62,422 bases of DNA, filler included, from Candidatus Babelota bacterium (GCA_017999075.1; 8 parts of 8 records of this genome joined end to end with filler, not necessarily neighbours in it), one strand, 5' to 3'; shown: positions 39,054 to 49,424, counted from the whole stretch's first letter. Notes: a model not told the origin generated them from the letters alone. Numbers and translations: made by a program.

Positions 39054-40565
39054 ATGACTAAAAATCGTATATATATCCTGATTTTAATTTTGTCAGCGGC
39101 ATTTTTTTTGAGGTATTATGACATTTATAAAGATCCTTTTTATTTTAGCTCCGGTGATAAAGATGCTTTTGTTGATTCTGGAATTTATACTTTTAATGCC
39201 AAACATCAAATTACAGCAGGAACTTTTTTTTTTGAAGAATATAACTATCATTTAGTGTTTCCTTTGAACACCGCGTTTACATTTTTATATTTCAAGATTG
39301 CAGGGATAAATTATTTTTCACTGATAAAATTTTTTTGCATACTCGGATTGTGTTATGTTTTTTTGTTTTACCTGATTTTTAAAAATGAAGAAAATTGTTT
39401 TCTGTATTTGATATTTTCGTCTTTTACATTTGTAACTATTTCACTTAACAGGACAGGGTTAACGGAAAATTATCTGTTGTTCTGGATACTTCTGGTTTTA
39501 TGGTGTTTTATTAATGAATCGAAAATTCGGCAATTTTTGTGTGGATTTTTTATTATAATAGGATTATATATAAAAACCAATTTTCTTCCGGTTACAGCAG
39601 CAATAATAGTTATTTGTTTTTTGAGAAGAAGTAAAACTGACTACTTGAAATTTTTTATTTCCGGAATATTTACTGCAATATTGTGTTCTGCCATATATTT
39701 TTTTTTAACATATGATTCGTATTTGTTATTAAAAGAATCAATAATAATAAGACATATATTCACGGACCATTCAGGACGCTCTTCATTTTTTGATTTATTT
39801 AACATTCACACTTTTTTGGGTTCTAATTTTTTTGTAAGGTGTTTTATAATTTATGGACTATTTCTTGCCGGGATGTATAAAATAATTCTGAATAAAAATA
39901 AGAATTCTAAAATTGATATGCTGATTATTCCTATTTTTATTTTTACGGTTTTTATAATAGATTATTCTTCGTCGTATTCGCCGGGAAGATACAGATTGTT
40001 GTTGATACCGTTTTTTATCATAGGTTCGGCAGCATATTTTAAAATTAAAGAAATCAAACAATCGGCAATCCTTTCAATTTTATTGAATTATCTGTTTTTT
40101 TATCCTTTTTTTTGGTGGATAATTCTGAAAAAAATCCGTTTTCATTCAAACTTAGTTATATTTTTTTGTGTTGTAATTTGCTCAGTATTGTTTTATTTTA
40201 TTCAAAAAAAAATTCGATGGCATATTAATATTAAAACAGCACTAATTATTTTTTTGATTATTGAATTGTCTCAATATTATTATATTTTTTCGAATACAGG
40301 ATATGATTTATTAGATTCCACAAAAAAAATTAATAAAATTATTGCGCCAGGCAAAACTGTTTCAGGCTGGTGGGCTCCGCAAATATGTTTTAATAGAACA
40401 GATATTAAAGTAATACCTGGAAATTTATATCCTGAATATTTTGAAAAATATCATCCTGATTATTTGATAACTGCAAATGCGCAATATAATAAGAATTATA
40501 CACTTGTTATGTCATGTAAGTTATCCAGGCCGAATATTATTATTAATACTTATAAAAAATACTGA
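39054..40565 (+). CDS. Polytopic membrane protein, ArnT/GT39 (GT-C)-like glycosyltransferase
   Basis: Many TM segments; FVDSGIYTFNA (DE-like loop), RTGLTE, PGRY. Confidence 0.6.
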   Translation: MTKNRIYILILILSAAFFLRYYDIYKDPFYFSSGDKDAFVDSGIYTFNAKHQITAGTFFFEEYNYHLVFPLNTAFTFLYFKIAGINYFSLIKFFCILGLCYVFLFYLIFKNEENCFLYLIFSSFTFVTISLNRTGLTENYLLFWILLVLWCFINESKIRQFLCGFFIIIGLYIKTNFLPVTAAIIVICFLRRSKTDYLKFFISGIFTAILCSAIYFFLTYDSYLLLKESIIIRHIFTDHSGRSSFFDLFNIHTFLGSNFFVRCFIIYGLFLAGMYKIILNKNKNSKIDMLIIPIFIFTVFIIDYSSSYSPGRYRLLLIPFFIIGSAAYFKIKEIKQSAILSILLNYLFFYPFFWWIILKKIRFHSNLVIFFCVVICSVLFYFIQKKIRWHINIKTALIIFLIIELSQYYYIFSNTGYDLLDSTKKINKIIAPGKTVSGWWAPQICFNRTDIKVIPGNLYPEYFEKYHPDYLITANAQYNKNYTLVMSCKLSRPNIIINTYKKY

Positions 40566-40996
40566 CGTCAACTTCATTAGAATATTGAAAAATTTTAAAT
40601 TATGGGAGTGTTTCCATACTCCCTAAAAAAAATATTTTTTCTCGCTAATCATCATCGCGAATAAAAATAAAAAAATTAATAAAGAAAAATTAAAAAAAAC
40701 GACGCTTAAAATTATTTTTAGGAAACGGTTGGCAATGGACGAGATCCCGTACCGTTAGAAGTAGTCAATTTAAGAAAATGACAGAAAAAATTATTATCAT
40801 TATATTATTGGCATTTAGTTTGTATATGATTATTTTTCTAAATAAATATGTAAATGATTTGTGCAATCATAATGATTTTTTTAATAAAAACAGTCAATAC
40901 AATAACATGTTTGTAACGAAAAGTGGAAATTTCAGTTTGTTTTAAAAAAAAATAAGATGTTTTTTGGATAATAATAAATTTTATTACAAAATACAT

Positions 40997-41025
40997 TTGA
41001 CATAAAACCAATCACAAATTATTAT
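40997..41025 (+). promoter_or_regulatory. Near-consensus sigma70 promoter
   Basis: TTGACA-17nt-TATTAT. Confidence 0.65.
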
Positions 41026-41074
41026 TATAAAAGGTAATTTGATTAATTAAGCTTCCACAAAAAAGTTTGGTTTA

Positions 41075-41237
41075 TCTTATGACTGCTGTTGGGACTGACT
41101 CTAATAAGTAGCTTTTGTGTCATTCTGAGCAAAGTCGAAAAATTTTAAATTTATGATAAAAATAGATTTCTTTACTTGCATTGCTCGAACGAAATGACAT
41201 AATTATAAATTATTAGTCGGCCCAGTGTTTGTCAAGA
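41075..41237. repeat. Nested palindrome: degenerate TGTCATT...AATGACA REP/RPE-like element inside a longer inverted repeat
   Basis: Inner TGTCATTCTGAGCAA (41118) / TTGCTCGAACGAAATGACA (41199). Outer TGGGACTGACT-CTAATAA / TTATTAGTCGGCCCA. Confidence 0.6.
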
Positions 41238-41331
41238 TTTTTGTAAAATGAATAAGACTGACAAAGAAAAAACGTTTGAAGAATAGAAAAGAAATGATAA
41301 AATGTAATAAAAATAAGGAGCATTTTGCTTT

Positions 41332-41372
41332 TTGGTTAAAACGGCGGAAATGACTGGTGCAAAAATCGTGCT
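41332..41372 (+). CDS. Gene start cut by contig end, possibly acetolactate synthase large subunit
   Basis: AAGGAG RBS, then MVKTAEMTGAKIVL; only about 13 codons visible. Confidence 0.3.
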
Positions 41373-41472
41373 NNNNNNNNNNNNNNNNNNNNNNNNNNNN
41401 NNNNNNNNNNNNNNNNTTAATTAATTAANNNNNNNNNNNNNNNNNNNNNNNNNNNNNNNNNNNNNNNNNNNN
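41373..41472. other. Artificial contig linker
   Basis: 44 N + TTAATTAATTAA + 44 N. Confidence 0.98.
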
Positions 41473-41627
41473 TCAATAGAATATCCGATTTATTATTATT
41501 TGATTCTGATAAAAAATTTTTGTTTATCATATAATTTTGCAAAATCGTATTGACAGAATTTTTATAAAAACTAACATCTACAATTTATTTACTGAATTTA
41601 ATATTCATAATACTGTAGAACATAAAA

Positions 41628-43409
41628 TCATATTACCCATATATCAGCGTCTTTAAAACTTGGAATTGATTCTGTAACTAATGGCTTAATATGTTTGATT
41701 ATATAATTACGTATTTCATTTGAATCGGACAAAAGTTTTATATCATTGAAAAATGTTTTTGCCTGCTCAAATGTTATATTGGATAAAATTACTTTTGTAT
41801 CTGGTATTGCATTTGATGTCATACTGAAGTTTTTTAACCCCATTCCAAGCAACAATATTGCAGTTATCGGTATTTCTGCCATATCTCCGCAAACAGTTAC
41901 AGGTTTTCCTGAGTTATTGCATATTGATATTGTTTTGTGAATGAGTTCTAAAACAGCAGGGTGCATTCTTTGAAATAAATGATTTACTTTGTCGTTAGTT
42001 CTGTCTACTGCAAGCGTATATTGAATTAAATCGTTTGTTCCGATTGAAATAAAATCCGCATGTTTTAATAATTTTTCAAGAATGATTACAGCTCCGGGTA
42101 TTTCTACCATAATTCCTACTTTAATATTTTTATCATATTCAATTCCTTCTTCGTCAAGCTCATATTTAATTTCTTTTATTAATTCTTTAGTTTTAAGAAT
42201 TTCGGAAACAAAAGCAACCATTGGAATCAATATTTCTGTTTTTCCGTATGCGGAAGCTCTTAATATTGCCCGAAGTTGAGTTTTGAACATAGCTCTGTTT
42301 TCAAGGCAGTACCGTATTGCGCGTAATCCTAAAAATGGATTTGATTCAGGTATTGAATTTGTGGATAATATTATTTTATCTCCGCCAATATCGAAAGTTC
42401 GTATAACTACTGTTTGATTTTCAGGTATTTTTTTGACAATATCCCGATAAATTATGAATTGTTCATTTTCTGAAGGTAATCTGACTTTATCCAAAAAAAT
42501 AAATTCTGTTCTGAATAATCCTATGCCTTCTGCTCCGAATTTAATTACATCGTCTATTTCTTCCGGTATTTCAATGTTTGAAAAAAAGTTAAGCCGTATA
42601 TTATCTTTTGTAAAGCATTCTTTAAGGGATTCTTCAAGAATTTTTTTTTCTGATTCGAAAAATAAATCGCGTTTGACTATGTATGAACTTATAGTTTCGT
42701 CTTCAGGCTGTTGGATTATATTGCCTGAAACTGCATCAAGGATTATAATTTCACCGTCAATAACTTTAGAAAAAAAATCTGAAGCTTCTATTAAACATGG
42801 AACTTTTAAAGCGCGCGCCAATATTGAAGTATGTGAAGTCCTGCCGCCTCTTTCAGTTATAAGTCCTTTGATATTTTTATGAGCAAAATGTAAGGTGTCT
42901 GACGGAAGAAGTTCTTCTGCAACCAATATAATATCGGATTTATCATTTTCAAATTCAACATCATCAAAACTGTCGCTTAGATTCTGAAGAACCCTCCTTC
43001 CAACGTCGTAAATATCGGAAGCTCGCTGCCGCGAAATTTCATTTTCCAAATTTTTAAAGTTTTCATTTATTATCTGCAATGCATCATCAAGTATATATTC
43101 GCAGTTTATTTGTTCGTTTTTGATTCGTTTTATTATTTCGTCGATAAAAAATCTATCCTGCAGCATAAGAAGATGCGCTTCGAAAATTTTAGAATAGTTT
43201 TCCCCGATTTGTTCGTTTATCTGATTTTTTATTTCATTTATCTGATTAAGACTTTTAGTTACTGCTTTATCAAATCTTATTATTTCATCATTTATATCTT
43301 CAGGGAGAATATTATATTGTTTTATTTTTAATTCTTTTCTACGGTATTTTTTTACAAATCCAATTGATATTCCGAAACAAACAGGCTTTGCCTTATATAT
43401 TTTTTCCAA
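41628..43409 (-). CDS. ptsI: PEP-protein phosphotransferase (PTS enzyme I)
   Basis: GGRTSHTSILAR, GIGLFRTEF, RTFDIGGDK, NPFLGLRAIR, SIGTNDLIQY. Confidence 0.96.
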   Translation of the reverse strand: MEKIYKAKPVCFGISIGFVKKYRRKELKIKQYNILPEDINDEIIRFDKAVTKSLNQINEIKNQINEQIGENYSKIFEAHLLMLQDRFFIDEIIKRIKNEQINCEYILDDALQIINENFKNLENEISRQRASDIYDVGRRVLQNLSDSFDDVEFENDKSDIILVAEELLPSDTLHFAHKNIKGLITERGGRTSHTSILARALKVPCLIEASDFFSKVIDGEIIILDAVSGNIIQQPEDETISSYIVKRDLFFESEKKILEESLKECFTKDNIRLNFFSNIEIPEEIDDVIKFGAEGIGLFRTEFIFLDKVRLPSENEQFIIYRDIVKKIPENQTVVIRTFDIGGDKIILSTNSIPESNPFLGLRAIRYCLENRAMFKTQLRAILRASAYGKTEILIPMVAFVSEILKTKELIKEIKYELDEEGIEYDKNIKVGIMVEIPGAVIILEKLLKHADFISIGTNDLIQYTLAVDRTNDKVNHLFQRMHPAVLELIHKTISICNNSGKPVTVCGDMAEIPITAILLLGMGLKNFSMTSNAIPDTKVILSNITFEQAKTFFNDIKLLSDSNEIRNYIIKHIKPLVTESIPSFKDADIWVI

Positions 43410-43411
43410 TT

Positions 43412-43699
43412 TTATTCCTCGTTGAATTTGTTTTCAAATATTTCTTCTATACTTTTTAGCGCTGCTTCAGCATCGGGACCTTTTACTTTAACAGTTAATT
43501 TTGAACCATATGGCGCTGCAAGAGTCATTATTCCGAGTATACTTTTCCCATTTACCTGTAATCCTTCTTTTTCGAAAAATATTTCTGATAAAAATTTACT
43601 GCATGCTTGAACTAGTAAAGAAGCCGGTCTCGCATGCATACCCATTTTGTTTTTTATTTCAAATGTTTTTTCTAATTCAATTATTTCATTTCTTGTCAT
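43412..43699 (-). CDS. ptsH: Phosphocarrier protein HPr
   Basis: GMHARPA (His15), NGKSILGIM (Ser46); AGGAGG RBS. Confidence 0.96.
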   Translation of the reverse strand: MTRNEIIELEKTFEIKNKMGMHARPASLLVQACSKFLSEIFFEKEGLQVNGKSILGIMTLAAPYGSKLTVKVKGPDAEAALKSIEEIFENKFNEE

Positions 43700-43775
43700 T
43701 TTTTTTAGTGTCCTCCTGAATCATTTTATGCGGATATAATGTTTCTATTTATAATTTTTATATATCATATTATTT

Positions 43776-44648
43776 TTAATGCTTATCTCTGTGATCAAGA
43801 ATTGTTACTATATCCGGTTTGTTTATATTTTGTATAAATTCATTAAGCAATGAAGCTGTCATTACAGATCTGTGTTGACGTCCGGTGCATCCTATAGCTA
43901 TTGTAAGATAGGTTTTTCCTTCTTTGAGATAATTCGGCAGCAGAAAAGATATAAAATCAAAAAATTTATTCAAAAATTCTTTTGTGATATTCCAATTAAA
44001 AATATAATCTCTTACTTTTTGATCGTCTCCGTTTAATTCTGCCAGTTCGTCGACATAATAAGGATTTGGTAAAAAACGGACATCTATAAGTAAATCTACA
44101 TTATGCGGTATTCCGTTTTTGAATCCGAATGATACTATATTGACAGTCATTTTTTTTGAGTTTGAACCTGAAACAAATTTGTTCCATAATAATTCTTTTA
44201 AATTTTTTCCGCTGAATTCCGAAGTGTTTAAAACAAGCGTTGCAAGCCCTTTTATTTCCTGAAGAAGTTTTCTCTCTTTTTTTATTCCGTCTAATACATT
44301 TTTTTTTGATAGAGGATGAGGCCGTCTTGTTTCGTTGAACCTGCGCATCAATGTATCGTTGTCTGAGTCTAAAAAAAGTATTTCATAATTTATTGCAAGA
44401 TTGTCGAGCTGCAATAAAGTTTTAACTATATTTTTTGTAAAATTCTTGTCGCGGACATCTACTACGCATGCTGCATTTTTAATTTCCCCTGTGGAAACCT
44501 TTAAAATTTCACCGAATTTTGGCAATAATTCTGTAGGAATATTATCAACACAGAAATATCCGCCGTCTTCAAGACATTTTACAGCAAAACTTTTTCCTGC
44601 TCCAGACATTCCGGTTATAATCAATAATTTATAATGTTTTTTTCTCAC
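43776..44648 (-). CDS. rapZ: RNase adapter RapZ/YvcJ
   Basis: ITGMSGAGKS, CVDNIP, ETRRPHPL, SFGFKNG, DVRFLPNPY, GCTGxxHRSV. Confidence 0.95.
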   Translation of the reverse strand: MRKKHYKLLIITGMSGAGKSFAVKCLEDGGYFCVDNIPTELLPKFGEILKVSTGEIKNAACVVDVRDKNFTKNIVKTLLQLDNLAINYEILFLDSDNDTLMRRFNETRRPHPLSKKNVLDGIKKERKLLQEIKGLATLVLNTSEFSGKNLKELLWNKFVSGSNSKKMTVNIVSFGFKNGIPHNVDLLIDVRFLPNPYYVDELAELNGDDQKVRDYIFNWNITKEFLNKFFDFISFLLPNYLKEGKTYLTIAIGCTGRQHRSVMTASLLNEFIQNINKPDIVTILDHRDKH

Positions 44649-45598
44649 TAATTTTCTTTTCCTTGAATCCAGTTTATCAGTCTTTTATTAAATTCTTTTA
44701 CAGAATAAAATCCCATTTTTTTAGATCTGTAATTCATTGCAGCAACTTCTAAAATTGATGCTAAATTTCTTCCAACTCTTACAGGAATGCATAAAGTCGG
44801 TATATCTGTCCCGAGTATATTTTTTGTGCTTTCAATTAATCCGAGCCTGTCATATTCTTTGTTTTTATCCCAATCTTCTATTTCTATAACAAGATCAAGT
44901 TTCACACTGTCTTTAATAACTCCTACTCCATATAATGTTTTTATATTTATTATTCCTATTCCTCTTATTTCCAGATGATACTTTATAACTTCAGAACCCT
45001 GACCTATCAGTTCATTGTTACGGTTTTTATAAAATTCTACTACATCGTCAGCTATAAATATGTGATTGCGTTTTACAAGCTCTAAAGCGCATTCGCTCTT
45101 GCCGATACCGCTCCTGCCTATTATTAAAATACCTACGCCGCACACCTCGACAAGTTCGCCATGAAAAACTATACGCGGATTCATTTTTACTTCTAATACT
45201 GGAATTATTTTTCTGGTTATATCAGATGCTTTAAACGGGGTGCGAAGAAGAGGTGTTCTGGTTTCTCTGCATTTTGTTACGAAATATTCTGGAGGAACGA
45301 TGTTACGGGTTAGTATTACTGCTGTGTTTTCATATCCGAAAAAATCATCTATAGCCTGATTTTTTTGAGATTCGGATAGGTTTTTAAGATATTCTATTTC
45401 TGTCATTCCGAATACTTGTATTCTGTGTTCAGTGAAATATTTATACCATCCTGCCAATGCTAATCCCGGCCTGTTTATATCTACTGATTCTATTACATTT
45501 CTTAATCCTTCCTTTCCTTCTATGACAGATAATTCTAAGCTTTTTTCATTGATTAATTCTTCAAGCAATACCTTTGATTTTTTGATTATATCGCTCAT
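44648..45598 (-). CDS. hprK: HPr(Ser) kinase/phosphorylase
   Basis: NRPGLALAG, GRSGIGKSECALEL, IADD, LEIRGIGII, GRNLA. Confidence 0.96.
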   Translation of the reverse strand: MSDIIKKSKVLLEELINEKSLELSVIEGKEGLRNVIESVDINRPGLALAGWYKYFTEHRIQVFGMTEIEYLKNLSESQKNQAIDDFFGYENTAVILTRNIVPPEYFVTKCRETRTPLLRTPFKASDITRKIIPVLEVKMNPRIVFHGELVEVCGVGILIIGRSGIGKSECALELVKRNHIFIADDVVEFYKNRNNELIGQGSEVIKYHLEIRGIGIINIKTLYGVGVIKDSVKLDLVIEIEDWDKNKEYDRLGLIESTKNILGTDIPTLCIPVRVGRNLASILEVAAMNYRSKKMGFYSVKEFNKRLINWIQGKEN

Positions 45599-46062
45599 AA
45601 AAACTTTTTATCCTCATTTTTAACCATCTCATAAAATTTTTTCGATGACCCTGCAGTAGTTAATGAAGTTCTTATATAATCAAGTTTTACTATTCTTGAT
45701 ATACGAGCAAGCATATTTATATGATCATTTGGTTTGTCTTCCGGAGAAATCAGTAAAAAGATAAGTTTAACCGGCTCATCATCAAGAGAATCATAATCGT
45801 CTATTCCTTTTTTGTGTCTTCCGACCGCAAGAATCATATTGTCAATATTTTTTGATTTACAATGCGGTAACCCGATACCTTTTCCTATGCCTGTGCTCAT
45901 CATTTCTTCGCGTTTTATTATTTCATTTTTCAAATCATCGATGTTTTCTATAACACCATTTTTTTTTAGCAGATTTAGTAATTCGATTATTACTTCAGAT
46001 TTGGTGTCGGATTTTAAATTCAATTCGATATTTTCCTTTTGTAAAATATCAATTATATTCAT
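45595..46062 (-). CDS. ptsN: PTS EIIA component (Ntr/fructose type)
   Basis: REEMMSTGIGKGIGLPH, SLDDEPVKLIFLL, HINMLARISR. Confidence 0.88.
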   Translation of the reverse strand: MNIIDILQKENIELNLKSDTKSEVIIELLNLLKKNGVIENIDDLKNEIIKREEMMSTGIGKGIGLPHCKSKNIDNMILAVGRHKKGIDDYDSLDDEPVKLIFLLISPEDKPNDHINMLARISRIVKLDYIRTSLTTAGSSKKFYEMVKNEDKKFL

Positions 46063-46110
46063 AATTTCTTTTCTCCCTCAATAAAAATATTTTATACACA
46101 TTTTTTAAAG

Positions 46111-46170
46111 TAAACATAGAATTTACATACGTCTTTTATATTTTTTTTAACATATGTAATTCTATGTTTA
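46111..46170. repeat. Intergenic inverted repeat between hpf and ptsN
   Basis: TAAACATAGAATT-TACATA ... TATGT-AATTCTATGTTTA. Confidence 0.6.
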
Positions 46171-46214
46171 ACTAAATATTAATAATAAATAAAATTTGAT
46201 GACAAAAAATTTTA

Positions 46215-46640
46215 TTACATTTCGATTAATCCGTATTTACCGTCATTTCTCCTGTATAGAACGCTGACTCTATTTGTATTTATATCGTTAAAAGCATAAA
46301 AAGTTAAATGGTTTTCTTTTAAAATCAATATTGCTTCTTCAACTGAAATAGGCTTTAAAAGTTCATTGGTTTTTACAATTATCTGAACATCTCCAACTTT
46401 TATAATGTTCTTTTTTAACGGCTTTGATTCAACTGCAAGCACATCGTCCATAGTTAATATTTCTTTATCTTTTTTTACAGTTTTTTTCTTTTTATTTTTT
46501 TCACGTTCTTTTTTTAAAGCTGCTTCTAATTTTTCAACAACTTCTGTTAAAGCATCAAGCATTCTGTCTTTTGATTCTTTTGTTGTTATATGAATGTTTT
46601 TCTCCATTAAAGATATTTTTACTATGTTATTATCTTTTTT
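46215..46640 (-). CDS. hpf: Long ribosome hibernation promoting factor, 5'-truncated
   Basis: C-terminal KPISVEEAI...FYAF...VSVLYRRNDGKYGLIE; position upstream of ptsN-hprK. Confidence 0.85.
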   Translation of the reverse strand, partial: KKDNNIVKISLMEKNIHITTKESKDRMLDALTEVVEKLEAALKKEREKNKKKKTVKKDKEILTMDDVLAVESKPLKKNIIKVGDVQIIVKTNELLKPISVEEAILILKENHLTFYAFNDINTNRVSVLYRRNDGKYGLIEM

Positions 46641-46740
46641 NNNNNNNNNNNNNNNNNNNNNNNNNNNNNNNNNNNNNNNNNNNNTTAATTAATTAANNNN
46701 NNNNNNNNNNNNNNNNNNNNNNNNNNNNNNNNNNNNNNNN
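46641..46740. other. Artificial contig linker
   Basis: 44 N + TTAATTAATTAA + 44 N. Confidence 0.98.
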
Positions 46741-46821
46741 TTCGTCTATTTCATTCTCAGCACATATATTTAATGAAAAAATCTGTATAAAAATAATTAT
46801 CATAAAAATTATCTGTCTCAT
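46741..46821 (-). CDS. Start of a secreted protein, cut by contig end
   Basis: MRQIIFMIIIFIQIFSLNICAENEIDE signal-peptide-like sequence directly after the LolA-like gene. Confidence 0.5.
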
Positions 46822-46833
46822 ATTTTCACCATA

Positions 46834-47619
46834 TTATTTACTCATATTTTCAAGATAAGCTTTTGTAAAAACAGAATCCTCAATTTTTTTTGTAGAAAAC
46901 TCAGTCAGGTCGACAATTGTTTTATTACCTTTTTCAAATTCGTCAATGTACATCATTTTATTAGGCACATATTTTCCGTCCACTGTAGAATACTTCAAAT
47001 AATATACTGTTTGCATCAAAGTTCCTGACAATGAAAATGCCTGTTCTTTCAACGGCAAAAAATTATCTTTTTGAACCCAATATATTTTTTTAGGATAATC
47101 GACATCATTAACTTTAGCGATTAATTCGTATTTATAAACAGGAATTTTCCCAATGATTTCTTCAGATAATATATCATTTCCTGTTTTATCAGTCGCCGGT
47201 TTGTACAATTCAGATAATTTACGTTTTTCAAAATCATCGCCTTTAGCATCAGTCCCTGCAATATTTTCATCGCGGTTAATATGCTGAAAAGTTCTCGTAT
47301 TTCTTCTATACATCCAAAAATTATCGCCTGTTTTCAAATAACCGTTACCTCGATCAGATTCAGGAGCTTCCATAATTATTAAAAAAGCATCGTCTCTGTC
47401 TCTCCTGAAATAAACCATTTCAATTTTTTTAACACCCTGTTTAATTTTCTGCTGGGTTACAATGACTTTAGCTTTAGCATCGCTCGTCAATGTTGTTTGA
47501 CGTTCAAGTTCTTTCATTAAACTTTCAGCCGTAATTTTAACAGTAACGCCGGCAGCCCCAAAAATAAACGATTTTAATATTAAAATATTTAAAATTAACA
47601 TAATTAATATTTTAGACAT
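46834..47619 (-). CDS. Outer membrane lipoprotein-sorting (LolA-like) protein
   Basis: Signal peptide; APESDRGNGYLKTGDNFWMY, AFSLSGTLM, FTKAYLE. Confidence 0.8.
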   Translation of the reverse strand: MSKILIMLILNILILKSFIFGAAGVTVKITAESLMKELERQTTLTSDAKAKVIVTQQKIKQGVKKIEMVYFRRDRDDAFLIIMEAPESDRGNGYLKTGDNFWMYRRNTRTFQHINRDENIAGTDAKGDDFEKRKLSELYKPATDKTGNDILSEEIIGKIPVYKYELIAKVNDVDYPKKIYWVQKDNFLPLKEQAFSLSGTLMQTVYYLKYSTVDGKYVPNKMMYIDEFEKGNKTIVDLTEFSTKKIEDSVFTKAYLENMSK

Positions 47620-47662
47620 AACCTAATCTCTCCACATATATTTTTAAAATATTTTTTATAAT

Positions 47663-49402
47663 TTAAATGTATCTCAACGCTTCCGATGGTTTTAAATTCG
47701 CCGCACGTTTAGCAGGGAAAAAAGCAGTAGCCAAAGCTATACATAAAATCAAAATCAAACTAATTAGTATAGAAAAAAAATCAGGAACAAAATGAAGCCG
47801 GTTATTCACTAATAAAATCGATATTATACTTTCAGTACTTTCAAATTTTATGTAACTAATAAAATGCATTAAAATAAATGCCAGAAGAATTCCTGAAGCA
47901 CAAGATATCAGAGTTAAAAAAAACGTTTCCAGTAAAAAACAATTTCTCACATCATTTTTCTGCATTCCAATTGATCTGACAGTTCCGATTTCTCTGGTAC
48001 GCTCTTTTATGGTCATCCGTAAAGTATTTACAACTCCTATTAAAATAATAAAAAATAAAATAAGTACTGCTATTACAGTAATTATATTCAATGCACTTTC
48101 AAGTTTTAACACAGCACTCGCACTTTCATACATGGTCCTCACATCAAGTTTAGCGATTTTAGTCTTATACTGTTTCATATCACGCATTTTTTTTTGAAGT
48201 TCTTCAGTAGTGCCGGTTCTTTCAAGCAATTGCCATTCCCCTGACATTGCAGGAAAAATATTTTTCAGCATACCAATAATCTTTTTATTATCAGAATCAT
48301 TTGCATTTTCAGGTAAATTTGAATAATATACAGGAAAAAATGTTTTTTCGCCTATTAAAACTATATTTTCAGGTATATTTATTTTTTTTTCGTCAACTAT
48401 TGTTTTAACATAAAATTCAGCTGAAGTTATATTGCTGTCAAATTTATGGTTATACAAAACACTAATCTTATCATTAAGATTAATATTGCATTTTTCAGAT
48501 AATTTGCGAGTTATAATTATTCCTCCATCTTTAACTGCTGATAAAATTTCAGTATCATATATTTCCAATTTTTTTGATATTAGAGCAATCGAAGTATCAT
48601 CTTTATTAAGAGAAAATGCAATAATATCAGCTGAATTTTTACCTGATTCTATATTGCCTTGAATAAACGCTTTTTCAGGAATTAAAGCATTATGAAGCTT
48701 GTCTGCCTGTTCTATTGATTTTAAAGGATTATTCAAATTAATAAGCAAAGCTCCTGTTTCATAAGGCCTATACCCCATAATTTTTTTCATATCTTCCATA
48801 TTCAGATACAAAGCGCTTTCCATAAAAATATTTTCAAGCTTAACTATTGCAGCTACAGTAAGACGCGCAGTCTGAGTTTGTCCCCATACATTAGAAGTTC
48901 GCAATCTTATTATATCTTTCACCTTGACATTCAAATATTTAGCTTTCATTTCAGAAAGCAGAACAGGATTTTCTAAGTTTCTATTTTCATAATCTTTTAT
49001 ATTACCTGATACTACTTTACACCAACTATAAAACTCCGGACTTGGTTTTACTCCTGCTAATGCAATATTGTCGCTTTTACCATTTCCTATAATTCTTCCA
49101 AATCCACCTATTCCTTCTTCAATTTCCTTAATACCTTCCACATTTTTTTTTATGATTTTTATAATCCGGTCTTTATCGCGGATCATCATATTTTGAAAAT
49201 TACCTTTTTCGCTGACACTTATATTCATATGCCCAAAAATATGCACCACAATCTTATTAAGCAATACATCTGATATTCCGTTAGAAAAAGAATTCGCCAC
49301 AACCAATGCGGTCATTCCGCATGCAATTGCTATACCCAGCAAAAAATTTCTGCGTTTTTGTCTATACAAATTCCGTAAACTTATTTTGATGATAGGATTC
49401 AT
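47663..49402 (-). CDS. ABC transporter permease, FtsX/LolCE family
   Basis: ISLRNLYRQKRR, ERTREIGTVRSIG, PAKRAANLKPSEALR. AAAGGA RBS before ATG 49402. Confidence 0.9.
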   Translation of the reverse strand: MNPIIKISLRNLYRQKRRNFLLGIAIACGMTALVVANSFSNGISDVLLNKIVVHIFGHMNISVSEKGNFQNMMIRDKDRIIKIIKKNVEGIKEIEEGIGGFGRIIGNGKSDNIALAGVKPSPEFYSWCKVVSGNIKDYENRNLENPVLLSEMKAKYLNVKVKDIIRLRTSNVWGQTQTARLTVAAIVKLENIFMESALYLNMEDMKKIMGYRPYETGALLINLNNPLKSIEQADKLHNALIPEKAFIQGNIESGKNSADIIAFSLNKDDTSIALISKKLEIYDTEILSAVKDGGIIITRKLSEKCNINLNDKISVLYNHKFDSNITSAEFYVKTIVDEKKINIPENIVLIGEKTFFPVYYSNLPENANDSDNKKIIGMLKNIFPAMSGEWQLLERTGTTEELQKKMRDMKQYKTKIAKLDVRTMYESASAVLKLESALNIITVIAVLILFFIILIGVVNTLRMTIKERTREIGTVRSIGMQKNDVRNCFLLETFFLTLISCASGILLAFILMHFISYIKFESTESIISILLVNNRLHFVPDFFSILISLILILCIALATAFFPAKRAANLKPSEALRYI

Positions 49403-49424
49403 AAAATATTCCTTTAACAAAAAA

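Noticed and set aside
41030-41330. T-box riboswitch or branched-chain amino acid attenuator
   Set aside because: No GGTGGNACC T-box motif, and the short ORF is not Ile/Leu/Val-rich.
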